Assembly (NCBI GenBank): GCA_027366525.1
Contig: DAHXKG010000008.1
Coordinates: forward strand, 26,556 to 90,555
Length of the DNA stretch: 64,000 bases
Source: a candidate division FCPU426 bacterium
GTDB lineage: Bacteria > Oederibacteriota > Muellerivitia > Muellerivitales > DAHXKG01
Direction of reading: 5' to 3'
The notes under the pieces are model-generated. The model searched no databases, was not told the origin of the DNA, and was given only the letters and a program-made list of their open reading frames with translations. The position numbers were made by a program, and so were the translations under genes. Below, piece by piece: positions 19,160-28,705 of this stretch (its first letter is position 1; each line of letters starts with the position of its first letter).

Positions 19160-19579
19160 GTGGTTCAGCCAGTTAGTTTTAATGGAAAAATTTTTAAAAC
19201 GCAGGATGTGAATGAGACTGCGGTCACTCATCCAACGAGTTTCCCTTCAGTTGCTGGGAAAACCTTGGATACAACTCAACCATTTGAATCCGTTTTGCAA
19301 GGCGTAGTTGGAAAAACAACGGAGTTGAAATTTTCAACACATGCCAAAGAGCGACTTCAGATGAGAAACATCCAACTGGGATCCTCGGATCTAGAAAAAA
19401 TATCAGATGCTGTGAATAAAGCGGCGGCCAAGGGTTCACAAGAATCCTTGTTGGTAATGCATAATAGTAATTTGGCTTTAATTGTTAGTATTAAAAATCG
19501 TACTGTCATTACGGCATTAGACGGATCAAGTATGAAAAATAATGTCTTTACTAATATTGACAGTGCAATCATTGTTTGA
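19160..19579 (+). CDS. small flagellar operon protein between flgD and flgE (Firmicutes-type flgD-flgE interposed family)
   Basis: 139-aa ORF between flgD and flgE, the same position as the small flagellar operon protein of many Firmicutes and Thermotogae. Confidence 0.5.
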   Translation: MVQPVSFNGKIFKTQDVNETAVTHPTSFPSVAGKTLDTTQPFESVLQGVVGKTTELKFSTHAKERLQMRNIQLGSSDLEKISDAVNKAAAKGSQESLLVMHNSNLALIVSIKNRTVITALDGSSMKNNVFTNIDSAIIV

Positions 19580-19653
19580 GGAGTAATATTTCGGGCTGGA
19601 CCTAAATAGGAAGCCTGAAATCAAAACTTTAAGAGTCTTATAGGGAGGCAAAT

Positions 19654-21483
19654 ATGTCTAATGAAGCGATGTTTAGTGCGGTTTCAGGCCTGCAAGCAGA
19701 CAGCACATGGCTGGATGTTATCGGAAATAATATTTCCAATCAAAATACCGTTGGTTATAAAGCCAGTCGTTTGGAATTTGCAAGCCAGCTCAGTCAAACC
19801 TTAAATGCGGGTAGTGGTCCAGATCCCGGACAAAATTTAGGTGGTGTGAACCCGATGCAAGTTGGATTGGGTACTCGGGTTGAATCGATTCAAACTCTTT
19901 TTACGGAAGGCCCATTACAGCAGACGGGTATTTCTACGGATATTGCGATTGTGGGAAATGGTTTTATTGTTGCCAAGCAAGGATCGCAAACCGTATACAC
20001 GCGAGCTGGAAATTTAACATTTGATGGAAATGGAAATTTGGTTACGGCAAATGGTGCCATTGTTCAAGGCTACACTGCGTCGGAACAATTTACACAACAA
20101 ACGATTAACGCGGGTGCGGCGCCTCTAGTAGTTACATATTCTTCAGAAACTTTAACGACGAATGGAGTGCCTCAAAACATTCAAATCAATCAAAGCTTAA
20201 CCATTCCAGCTAAAGCAACATCCCAGGTTAATTTCACCGGTAACCTTGATTCATTTCAACAAGCAGATCAGCCAGGTGGCGTGTTGAATCTTGCGGTGGG
20301 TGGTGTGGATCAGCTTCCCGTTGCCGCTGCTACTTTCGCAGCAACAGCCAATCTTGAAGCTAACCCTAATAATGCAGCGGATACCGTCTTGCATCAAGAT
20401 GGAAATTACGCATTAAACGGTGCTGCAGCAGGCGCACAACAAGCCAATCCTTTAGTAACGGGTGGTGGTGTGAGTATTGCTGCTGCAAACGCTGATGCAA
20501 ACTATGTTTGGAATCAGAATCCACCGGTACCACCTGCCAAAACGGTTGTGACGACGATTTATAATTCAGTTGGAGACCCAATTCAAGTTACAACGCTATT
20601 TTATCAAGTTAATGATTTGGGACAGGCTGGAATTAACACTCCAACATCGGCTCAACCAAGTCAGGTTGCTTATGCGTGGTATTCTTTTAATACAACCGGA
20701 GGAGTACAACCCTATACCGGAGCTACGACAGCAACTCAAACTCCAAATTTATTGGGTGGATCAGGTATTATTGAAGGGTACAGCAGAAATACAGGAAATC
20801 AGTATGAAGGGGATTTAATATATTTTAACACGGATGGTTCGTTGGCATCCATGGGAGGAGTCGATGTAACTACGGGAACTCAAGTGGCCCCAACACTTTA
20901 TATCCCTCCGGCTAATCCAGGGATTCCAGCCGCTTCTCCGTTACCCACTAACGGCGCTCAAATTGTCGCTGCACAGCTTAACTTTGGGACAGCTGGAACA
21001 CTGGGTTTTGGTCAAAGAAATGGTCTTTTCAGTGATGCAGAAGGCAGCTATCAAGTAGTCAATGGGGTGAACACGTATGTACCGAGCAGTACAGCGTATG
21101 TGTCATCACAGAATGGTTATGCCGATGGTACCTTGCAGAGTGTGAGTTTTGACCAAACAGGAACGATTCAGGGTGCGTTTAGCAATGGACAAACGGTAGC
21201 ACTGGGGCAAATTGTTATGGCCAATTTTGCCAATCCGGATGGATTGAACAATATTGGTGGTACAGATTTCACGCCATCTTCCAATTCGGGACCAGAGTAT
21301 GTTGGATTGGCTGGTACCAATGGGTTGGGGACGGTTCAAGGAAGCACATTGGAAATGTCTAATGTGGACTTGACAACGGAACTATCCAACATGATTATTG
21401 CTCAAAATGCATTTGATGCAAATGCAAGAGTTGTTACGGTAGTGAGTCAAGAAGATCAGACTCTAACTCAATTGGGCCTGTAA
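19654..21483 (+). CDS. flgE: flagellar hook protein FlgE (copy 1)
   Basis: N-terminus FSAVSGLQADSTWLDVIGNNISNQNTVGYKASR and C-terminus GSTLEMSNVDLTTELSNMIIAQNAFDANARVVT. 609 aa with no Cys. Confidence 0.9.
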   Translation: MSNEAMFSAVSGLQADSTWLDVIGNNISNQNTVGYKASRLEFASQLSQTLNAGSGPDPGQNLGGVNPMQVGLGTRVESIQTLFTEGPLQQTGISTDIAIVGNGFIVAKQGSQTVYTRAGNLTFDGNGNLVTANGAIVQGYTASEQFTQQTINAGAAPLVVTYSSETLTTNGVPQNIQINQSLTIPAKATSQVNFTGNLDSFQQADQPGGVLNLAVGGVDQLPVAAATFAATANLEANPNNAADTVLHQDGNYALNGAAAGAQQANPLVTGGGVSIAAANADANYVWNQNPPVPPAKTVVTTIYNSVGDPIQVTTLFYQVNDLGQAGINTPTSAQPSQVAYAWYSFNTTGGVQPYTGATTATQTPNLLGGSGIIEGYSRNTGNQYEGDLIYFNTDGSLASMGGVDVTTGTQVAPTLYIPPANPGIPAASPLPTNGAQIVAAQLNFGTAGTLGFGQRNGLFSDAEGSYQVVNGVNTYVPSSTAYVSSQNGYADGTLQSVSFDQTGTIQGAFSNGQTVALGQIVMANFANPDGLNNIGGTDFTPSSNSGPEYVGLAGTNGLGTVQGSTLEMSNVDLTTELSNMIIAQNAFDANARVVTVVSQEDQTLTQLGL

Positions 21484-21492
21484 GTTAATTAA

Positions 21493-21535
21493 GACATGGG
21501 GAACGAAGATAAATCGTTCCCCATGTCTGGTTTGA
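21493..21535 (+). terminator. rho-independent terminator after flgE
   Basis: Perfect 14-bp stem GACATGGGGAACGA / TCGTTCCCCATGTC with a 7-nt loop, followed by TGGTTTG. Confidence 0.7.
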
Positions 21536-21545
21536 AAGGAAATGC

Positions 21546-22568
21546 TTGTTTAGGATTAAATCAGTTTGTGATAATATCCAAGTGCTTAAGCCTTTTAAAA
21601 AAAACCAGTTATTCTACTGGTTAATAATGGGTTTTTTTTTTATTTCAGTTTGTTTAGCAGGTTGTAGTTCAAACCCAACTTCGAATCAAGTTTCAAATTT
21701 TACAGTTCTTGCATCATTTTCATCGAATCAGTCAGTAACCCTTCAAGCACCCTATGGGATCTATGTGGCTCCTTCTACTGGAAATGTGTATGTAACTAAT
21801 TGTAACCCATCGGCGAATGAACCGGCCATAGTTGAATTATCAAGTAATCTGACGTATATAGCGGGCTTTGGAAAAACTAGCGCTACGTTCGATCAAAATC
21901 AAGCAGGAACTTTTTTTCAACCACGTGGAATCACCTCAGATGGAACGAATTTCTACATTTCAGATTGGCAGAATAGTCAAGTGCAAGGTTACAATGGGTC
22001 ATCTTTTTTTATAGCTCCCGTATCACCCGTACAAGAAGATCCTTGGGGGATTGATTATGATCGTAGTGCGACCTCACTTTTAGTGGTTGAAAATGCTGAA
22101 TTCCAATCCAACTCCAACTCCAACTTGAGTCAAGTTTATTCTTTTAACATAGGCTTAAGCGCGTCAAGTCCTTTAGAAAATATCACTCAACCGATTGATT
22201 TAATCGGAGTAACGGCCGATTCAGCGGGCAATATCTATGTGACAGATAATAAGAATGAGCGAATTATCAAGTTTAATTCAGCTGGTGTTTCTTTGACTTC
22301 CTGGGGGTCTCGTGGAAGCCTGCCAGGACAGTTTTCGTCAGGCATTTCAGGCATTATGGCCGACAGTTCCAATAATATTTGGGTTACAGATATGGGAAGT
22401 GGTGCGGGTTCAATTCAGGAATTTTCGAATAGTGGAGCTTTTGAAGGGGAATGGAAGGCCCCGCCGAGTCTTTCTCTTTTTGCGCCGGCGGATATCCAAA
22501 TTGGCCCAAATGGCAATTTTTATGTATGTGATGCTGAAAATAGTGTAGTCTATGAGCTTAGTTTATAG
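21546..22568 (+). CDS. NHL-repeat beta-propeller lipoprotein
   Basis: Probable lipobox FFFISVCLAGC (alternative start near 21627). At least five NHL-like repeats (NVYVTNCN, NFYISDWQNSQVQGY, NIYVTDNKNERIIKFN, NIWVTDMGSGAGSIQEF, NFYVCDAENSVVYEL). Confidence 0.65.
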   Translation: MFRIKSVCDNIQVLKPFKKNQLFYWLIMGFFFISVCLAGCSSNPTSNQVSNFTVLASFSSNQSVTLQAPYGIYVAPSTGNVYVTNCNPSANEPAIVELSSNLTYIAGFGKTSATFDQNQAGTFFQPRGITSDGTNFYISDWQNSQVQGYNGSSFFIAPVSPVQEDPWGIDYDRSATSLLVVENAEFQSNSNSNLSQVYSFNIGLSASSPLENITQPIDLIGVTADSAGNIYVTDNKNERIIKFNSAGVSLTSWGSRGSLPGQFSSGISGIMADSSNNIWVTDMGSGAGSIQEFSNSGAFEGEWKAPPSLSLFAPADIQIGPNGNFYVCDAENSVVYELSL

Positions 22569-22628
22569 CCTATAAATGATGGTTCAAAAATTTAATTTTT
22601 AAAGTATTAGCTTGGAAATGGGTGATTT

Positions 22629-22850
22629 ATGATTAAAATAACTAGATTAAATGGTCAAGAAGTTTATGTTAATTGTGATTTGATTTTGTTTATTGAAAGC
22701 TCTCCAGAAACTATTTTAACACTCGAAAGCGGGAAAAAGATCACGGTTAAAGAAACGATTACAGAAGTTGTTAAAAGGATTGTCGAATTCAAAGCAAAGT
22801 GTTATCCTAAGGTAGTGGATGCAGTTGAAAAAAGCAGCGATCATTTATGA
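22629..22850 (+). CDS. flbD: flagellar protein FlbD
   Basis: 73-aa MIKITRLNGQEVYVNCDLILFIES..GKKITVKETITEVVKRI matches the FlbD family. Confidence 0.8.
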   Translation: MIKITRLNGQEVYVNCDLILFIESSPETILTLESGKKITVKETITEVVKRIVEFKAKCYPKVVDAVEKSSDHL

Positions 22851-22868
22851 TGATTAAAGAGGGAGTCA

Positions 22869-24059
22869 ATGTCAACACCGGTCACTTTTTATGCATCAAA
22901 TCCACTGTTGGCGACTTTACCAACTGCCAAGACCACAAACCTACCTTTTAAAAATACGATTCAATCGCCTCAATCGGAATCATCAAACAATCATGTTCCT
23001 TTAGAAATTCAAACTGCTCGCAATCAAGTATTGAAACGTTTTAAAATGGTTCCAGATATGATTCAAAGTGCCCTTTACCAAGTTTCAGCCATAAAAATAC
23101 AAACCACATCATTTAATAACGAATTTAGCAATCGCACTTTAACGTTAAATACCAAGAATGGTTTTTCGTCTCAAAATAATTCAGTTAAAAATACGTTAAC
23201 GGAAAACTCCCAAACTTTTTTAAATCCAATGAAGCCGGTTTCTTTGTCTCATCTAGCAACGACAGAAGTAAATACACCTGCGCGACCGACGGAAGCTCCA
23301 TCCTTAATACAAACTGAAGTGAAAAATAAAGTGCCTTCCTTGGGAACGCAAATCACAACGGGACAAATTCAAATGAAGGAAAAGCATCCATCATCATTAT
23401 CAACTGAATTAGAAACAAGGGCACTCTCACAAGGAGGAAATAAAAATCTGCTTTTAAATGCAGCGGTCAACATTTCAACACCCTTATCTACACGATTACA
23501 AAGCGCTCATCAAAAAATGGATGCGGTTCAAAGGCATGTAGTGACGGCAGAAGTTTTGCTCAATCGAGTTAATAATCAGCGTACGGCAACGGGTAATATT
23601 CATCCACCCCAACCAGGACCGATCACCCCATTTTCACATCCGGTATCACAGATTCAAAAAAATCGGAGAGAAACAATAATAACGAATCGTGCGATTGCAA
23701 TCCATGATTCAGTGATTAATCAAACCGTAACACAAACAACCCAATTGAAAAATAGAAGTATGCAATTAATTCAGACATTAGGGACTGGTTTTTTTACAGG
23801 CCAGAATATAACTAATATAACCAATTTAAAGCCAACCCCTTCTCAGACTCTTCCTCCCGTTTCAGCGACCTCAACCGTTCAAAATTTATCTCAAGTAAAT
23901 TCGCAAACTGAGTTTCCAAATTTATTTTTGTCTTCCCCCGTTCAAGCTACTTCAGCAAATTTAATACCTCAGGCGCCCAAAACTCCATATCAAGTTCTAG
24001 AATCAAGAATTCCATTGAGAGCGGGAATGACTTTGAATTTATTAAATCTGACGCTTTAA
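22869..24059 (+). CDS. hypothetical Ser/Thr/Gln-rich protein downstream of flbD
   Basis: 396-aa low-complexity ORF starting 18 nt after flbD. No recognisable domain. Confidence 0.4.
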   Translation: MSTPVTFYASNPLLATLPTAKTTNLPFKNTIQSPQSESSNNHVPLEIQTARNQVLKRFKMVPDMIQSALYQVSAIKIQTTSFNNEFSNRTLTLNTKNGFSSQNNSVKNTLTENSQTFLNPMKPVSLSHLATTEVNTPARPTEAPSLIQTEVKNKVPSLGTQITTGQIQMKEKHPSSLSTELETRALSQGGNKNLLLNAAVNISTPLSTRLQSAHQKMDAVQRHVVTAEVLLNRVNNQRTATGNIHPPQPGPITPFSHPVSQIQKNRRETIITNRAIAIHDSVINQTVTQTTQLKNRSMQLIQTLGTGFFTGQNITNITNLKPTPSQTLPPVSATSTVQNLSQVNSQTEFPNLFLSSPVQATSANLIPQAPKTPYQVLESRIPLRAGMTLNLLNLTL

Positions 24060-24075
24060 ATAAAAAGGAACAATA

Positions 24076-25191
24076 ATGGCCAAAAAATGCTTAGGATGGT
24101 TATTAATTCTTATTCTTTTACCAACGTTCGTATGGGCGAGTGGATTTTCCGATCCACAAAATGAATGGGAGTTTGGAAATGGGTATGGTCCTGTTACGGT
24201 TTTTCACCAATGGACATTAACGACTTCAAATTCAAATGCCAACATTGAACTTCAACAAGCTGTGAGCACAGTTTATCCTGGGGAAACGTATGCCGGAGCG
24301 GTAACATCAACATCCTCTTTAGCCTCAGACAATATCACGATGACTTATAGTGTGCCAAGTACAGTTACTGTTAGCGTTCCAAATTATTTACAAATTTATG
24401 TGAATTCATCCGTTTCATTAGCTTTTCATTTTATAGTTACGGACACTTCAGGAAATGCAGTTACACTAACGGCACAAATTATCAGTCCCGGGTGTGCGTC
24501 GTTGTCTTCTACGAGTGCAGATATATGGGATACAGTATTCGTTACCTTGACATCAGCACAAACCATTTTGAATAATATTTCAACGGTGCAAATTTCGACA
24601 AGCATGGGGAGTAATTCGCTTTCTTCAAGTCCAATTTATTTAGATAATTTAATAACCACTAGCCAAAATCCAGCTGCCGCATGTAATACGCCTACACCCA
24701 CACCGACACCAGTGCTCACAGCTATTCCAACGCCGACGGGAACTATTTTTACTCCTACATATACTCCCACGGGTTCAATTACTCCAACGCCGACTCCGAC
24801 TATTTTTATTACTCCGACACCAACGGCGACTGCAACGCCTATGTGTCCAATTTCGGTTTATCCAAATCCCATGAACTTTCAAGCAGGCCCAAATAGTTTT
24901 CCACCAGGCCCATACGTTAATCATTGTCCCAATGATCCATATGGATGCATTAAATTTGATTGTGTTCCATTTGGATCAACGTTAAAAATATATACCATTT
25001 CGTTAGAACTTGTGCAAACATTTGGACCGAATTCCATTATTCCAATGGGTAATGGAAATGGAAGAATTATTTGGGACGGCGACAATAGCAATCAGGATCC
25101 CGTTGCTGCGGGAATTTATTTTTATCTAATTACTAATCCTTTGGGGCATTGGACCGGTAAATTTGCAATTGAACAAGCGAGGCCCAATTAA
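24076..25191 (+). CDS. secreted protein with a Thr/Pro linker and a Por-type (T9SS-like) C-terminal sorting domain
   Basis: Signal peptide present. A TPTPTPTP...TPTPTATATP linker is followed by ISVYPNPMNF...GRIIWDGDNSNQDPVAAGIYFYLITN, which matches the Por_Secre_tail / FlgD-Ig-like consensus (vYPNPa...GvYfy). Confidence 0.55.
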   Translation: MAKKCLGWLLILILLPTFVWASGFSDPQNEWEFGNGYGPVTVFHQWTLTTSNSNANIELQQAVSTVYPGETYAGAVTSTSSLASDNITMTYSVPSTVTVSVPNYLQIYVNSSVSLAFHFIVTDTSGNAVTLTAQIISPGCASLSSTSADIWDTVFVTLTSAQTILNNISTVQISTSMGSNSLSSSPIYLDNLITTSQNPAAACNTPTPTPTPVLTAIPTPTGTIFTPTYTPTGSITPTPTPTIFITPTPTATATPMCPISVYPNPMNFQAGPNSFPPGPYVNHCPNDPYGCIKFDCVPFGSTLKIYTISLELVQTFGPNSIIPMGNGNGRIIWDGDNSNQDPVAAGIYFYLITNPLGHWTGKFAIEQARPN

Positions 25192-26153
25192 TGGTTCGGC
25201 AACGTTTTTTTTTGAAAATTCTTTTTTTCCTGATTTTTATTCCAACGATGGTTTGGGCCTCGTCAGGCTCGGCAGGAATAAGCGCATTTGATTTTTTGGA
25301 AATTTCACCCATTGCTCGAGCAACAGCCATGGGCGGTGCTTATGCGGCATTGGGGAATGATATAGGTTCTATTTATTATAACCCGGCCGGACTTGCGGAT
25401 ATTTTAACGACGCAAGTCGATGTTACATATCTGGATTTGTATCAAAATATTAGCGATGAATTTTTTGCATTTGCCTATCCTTTAAAACCCAAACTTTCTT
25501 CGATTGGAGGAACATTTGCTGCAGCATTGAATTTAATTCAAACCGGTTCATTCCCAAGATTAGATGATTTTGGAAATAATATTGGCAGTTTTACTAGTGG
25601 GATGGATGAATTTATGTTGGCGTATGCAAAATCGTTGGGTTCACGTGTGCAATTTGGATTGACCGCTAAATTCCTTAATCAACAGATTGATCAAATTTCA
25701 CAATCCGCTTTTGCTATGGATATCGGAACTTTAATTTTGCCGCCTGTATCTGGAATGCGCATTGGATTAGCGATCCAAAATCTGGGTGGAACAGTGAATA
25801 ATTTTAATTTGCCATGTATGCTTTTAGCAGCAGTGTCCTATCGCAAATATGATCTTTTCTCGTATCAAGATGATGGGGCTTTTACCGTTCAAACTACGGT
25901 TCCAATTCAACCTGTCGGGCAAACACCAGAAGTTCAAGTCGGTGCAGAATATAATTATAAGTTGGTGGGCCAACGGTTTAGTCTCCGCGGGGGCTATCAA
26001 TTTTTAAATAATTCTTTGCAAGGCATTGGAATGACGTTGGGGGCTGGTTATGGAGTCGATTTCAATGGAGCCGTCGTATTTATCGATTATGCCTTTGAAC
26101 CTGCAGGCGTTTTTGGAAATTCGAATCGTATTTCTTTGATTACTAAGTTTTAA
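25191..26153 (+). CDS. PorV/PorQ (FadL-like) family outer-membrane beta-barrel protein
   Basis: Signal peptide plus ARATAMGGAYAALGNDIGSIYYNPAGL hatch motif. 320 aa with a C-terminal aromatic residue (F). The start overlaps the stop of the sorting-domain protein. Confidence 0.6.
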   Translation: MVRQRFFLKILFFLIFIPTMVWASSGSAGISAFDFLEISPIARATAMGGAYAALGNDIGSIYYNPAGLADILTTQVDVTYLDLYQNISDEFFAFAYPLKPKLSSIGGTFAAALNLIQTGSFPRLDDFGNNIGSFTSGMDEFMLAYAKSLGSRVQFGLTAKFLNQQIDQISQSAFAMDIGTLILPPVSGMRIGLAIQNLGGTVNNFNLPCMLLAAVSYRKYDLFSYQDDGAFTVQTTVPIQPVGQTPEVQVGAEYNYKLVGQRFSLRGGYQFLNNSLQGIGMTLGAGYGVDFNGAVVFIDYAFEPAGVFGNSNRISLITKF

Positions 26154-26206
26154 TCATGTAAAATAGTTGATAATAATGAGCAACTTAATTTAGAGGGTAA
26201 TAAATT

Positions 26207-27154
26207 TTGAGAAAAATTTTTGTTATTTTGATGGTCTTTTTTTTAACAACAGGGGTTAGTTTAGCTGCCTCGCCTGGAACAACCGGAGGGAGCATTCTTC
26301 AAGTGGTGGAAGGCGCCATTCCAGCAGGTATGGGGGGGGCTTTTACCGCGATTGCAAGTGGTGATTATGCCATTGATTATAACCCGGCAGGATTGGTTTC
26401 CTTGGATGCTCCGGAAGCGGTGGCAATGTATCACTCTGAATTAGCAACTATTTCAGATGATTATTTTACCTTCGCGACTCCCATTAATACTACTCAAGCA
26501 ATTGCGTTGCATATTAGTTATGATTATATTCCGCCCATTAACAATGGAAATGGCAATCCGGCAGTTAATGCGTATGATATCTTATTTATGGGTACCTATG
26601 CATTTAAACTATCCAATTTTATTCAACTGGGTGCATCTTTAAAATATTTGAGGTCAGTTTTAGCTTATTATGGAACTTCAGCAATTGCTGTAGATTTAGG
26701 GGGACAAATTTCTCATCTGCCTTTTGGATTAAAGGGCGGCCTGGCCATTCAAAATCTGGGTGGACAGTTAAAATATTTGAGTGTGGGTGTGCCCTTACCT
26801 CTGATTATTCGCATTGGGCTTGGATGGGAAACATTGGTTGATCAAAAACGCAAATTAGAACTAGATTTAGATGTTGTGGATGATTCAAGTGAAGGCATGG
26901 GGATTCGATTGGGTGGGGAATATTGGGTGTTTCCAAGATTGTTTGCAATTCGAGCTGGAATCAATAAAATTTCGCAAAATGTTTATAATAGTGGATTCCC
27001 TCCAAGTCTTGGATTTACTTTGACAGATGAAGTTGACTCCAATAAGTATTCGTTAGATTTTGCCTACAACCCGGCTACTTTACCGGGATCCATTGTCGAT
27101 AATACGTATTTAGTGTCTTTGCGTTGTTCATTTGAAAACTGGACAATATTTTGA
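26207..27154 (+). CDS. PorV/PorQ (FadL-like) family outer-membrane beta-barrel protein, paralog
   Basis: Signal peptide plus AIPAGMGGAFTAIASGDYAIDYNPAGL motif. 315 aa, ends in F. TTG start. Confidence 0.55.
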   Translation: MRKIFVILMVFFLTTGVSLAASPGTTGGSILQVVEGAIPAGMGGAFTAIASGDYAIDYNPAGLVSLDAPEAVAMYHSELATISDDYFTFATPINTTQAIALHISYDYIPPINNGNGNPAVNAYDILFMGTYAFKLSNFIQLGASLKYLRSVLAYYGTSAIAVDLGGQISHLPFGLKGGLAIQNLGGQLKYLSVGVPLPLIIRIGLGWETLVDQKRKLELDLDVVDDSSEGMGIRLGGEYWVFPRLFAIRAGINKISQNVYNSGFPPSLGFTLTDEVDSNKYSLDFAYNPATLPGSIVDNTYLVSLRCSFENWTIF

Positions 27155-27221
27155 TAGTATTCTAGATCAAATATTGACAGGGTGAAGTTCTCTTGCTAGG
27201 CTTTTTTTCAAACACAATTAT

Positions 27222-27297
27222 GCCGAGGTAGCTCAGTTGGTAGAGCGACGGACTGAAAATCCGTGCGTCGCCGGTCCGATTCCGGCCCTCGGCACCA
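27222..27297 (+). tRNA. tRNA-Phe (anticodon GAA)
   Basis: Cloverleaf read from the sequence: acceptor GCCGAGG/CCTCGGC, D-arm GCTCAGTTGGTAGAGC, anticodon loop CTGAAAA, T-arm GCCGG-TCCGATT-CCGGC, discriminator A, encoded CCA. Confidence 0.9.
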
Positions 27298-27319
27298 TCT
27301 TGATATATAGTAGGGACTA

Positions 27320-28705
27320 ATGGTGATCGACTTTAAAGAAATTTTAAAATCGTGCGATATTCGTGGAGTTTATCCAACACCATTAGGCGAGCATCAAGCC
27401 GAACGTCTTGGCCAAGCTATTGGTTTCTTTTTAAAATCACAAAAGCATTTGTCAATTCGTGTAGTTGTGGGGCATGATATCCGTGCTTCCAGTGCGAATT
27501 TAAGCAATGCCCTAATTTTAGGTCTTAAGAAATCAGGATTGAAAATTTTTGATATGGGTTTGGTATCCACCCCAATGTTGGCATTTGGATCCCGATTTTT
27601 GAATACTCCGGTAGGAATTATGGTCACAGCATCCCATAATCCTCCAGAATATAACGGATTTAAATTTTTTAATTATGGAGACCCAAGTTCTCCAGATTGG
27701 ATTTCAAAAATTTATCAAATTTTTAAAACAGAACAAGCCTGTAAAGGGGCTGGTATTGTCGAAAACCAGGAGCTACTATTGACATATCGGAATGTTCTGC
27801 TTCGTGAACTGGGAAAAAGTTTTAGTGGATTCAAAGTAGTGGTGGATGTTGGAAATGGCATGGCAGCGATGACAGTTCCTCCAGTCCTCCAATCGCTAGG
27901 GTGTAGTGTCACGATTATGAATGGGCAAATGGATCCTTCTTTTGCTTCTAGGGGACCCGATAGCTCCTCATTTTTAGCATTGAAAAAACTAGGTGAGCAG
28001 GTAGTTGAACACCAAGCCCAGCTTGGACTTGCATTTGACGGAGATGCAGATCGAGTTAGTTTTGTGGATGACCAAGGTCGAATTTTTCCAAATGATTATA
28101 TACTTTGTTTATTTGCTGAAAATTTTTTGAAAAACAATAAAAACGCTAAGGTCGTATACGACAGTAAATGCTCAGAATGGGTTGCAGAAATTGTGCGACG
28201 CGAAGGCGGGAAGCCCATTTTGGAACGCTCAGGGCATTCGTTTATTTTTTCAAGAATGCAAGCCGAAAAAGCCTTTATGGGTGGCGAAGTCAGTGGTCAC
28301 TTTTTTTTACCGGGAGGATTTCCAGGCGACGCTCTTTATGCAGCACTGAAATTGATGGAAATTTTAAAATCCCAGAATAAATCGCTTGGTTTTTTTTATG
28401 ATATATACCCACGGCGATATTCCACCCAAGATGTTAAGGTTGAAATGAATGAGAATCTTTTTAATGAAATATCCGATCAGTTTAAAAAAGTAGCAATGGA
28501 ATTATCGGCTAAAATTTCAACGCAAGATGGAATCAGAGTAGTTTTAGAGGATTCATGGTGTTTGGTTCGACAGTCGGTCACGGAACCTAAAATTATTTTC
28601 CGATTTGAATCTACATCAAGAGAGGCATTGGTGAAAACAATCCATGTATTTTTAAATCAACATTCCATGCTAGAAAATCATGTGCTTGAGGCAATCGAAA
28701 GTTGA
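27320..28705 (+). CDS. phosphomannomutase/phosphoglucomutase (alpha-D-phosphohexomutase family)
   Basis: Active-site loop TASHNPPEYNGFKF. The metal-binding motif DGDADR is present. Confidence 0.85.
   Translation: MVIDFKEILKSCDIRGVYPTPLGEHQAERLGQAIGFFLKSQKHLSIRVVVGHDIRASSANLSNALILGLKKSGLKIFDMGLVSTPMLAFGSRFLNTPVGIMVTASHNPPEYNGFKFFNYGDPSSPDWISKIYQIFKTEQACKGAGIVENQELLLTYRNVLLRELGKSFSGFKVVVDVGNGMAAMTVPPVLQSLGCSVTIMNGQMDPSFASRGPDSSSFLALKKLGEQVVEHQAQLGLAFDGDADRVSFVDDQGRIFPNDYILCLFAENFLKNNKNAKVVYDSKCSEWVAEIVRREGGKPILERSGHSFIFSRMQAEKAFMGGEVSGHFFLPGGFPGDALYAALKLMEILKSQNKSLGFFYDIYPRRYSTQDVKVEMNENLFNEISDQFKKVAMELSAKISTQDGIRVVLEDSWCLVRQSVTEPKIIFRFESTSREALVKTIHVFLNQHSMLENHVLEAIES

Noticed and set aside
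27174-27203. TTGACA-N18-TAGGCT upstream of tRNA-Phe
   Set aside because: The -35 hexamer is perfect, but the -10 is a poor match with an 18-nt spacer. Plausible as a tRNA promoter but not supportable without TSS data. Mentioned only in a finding.
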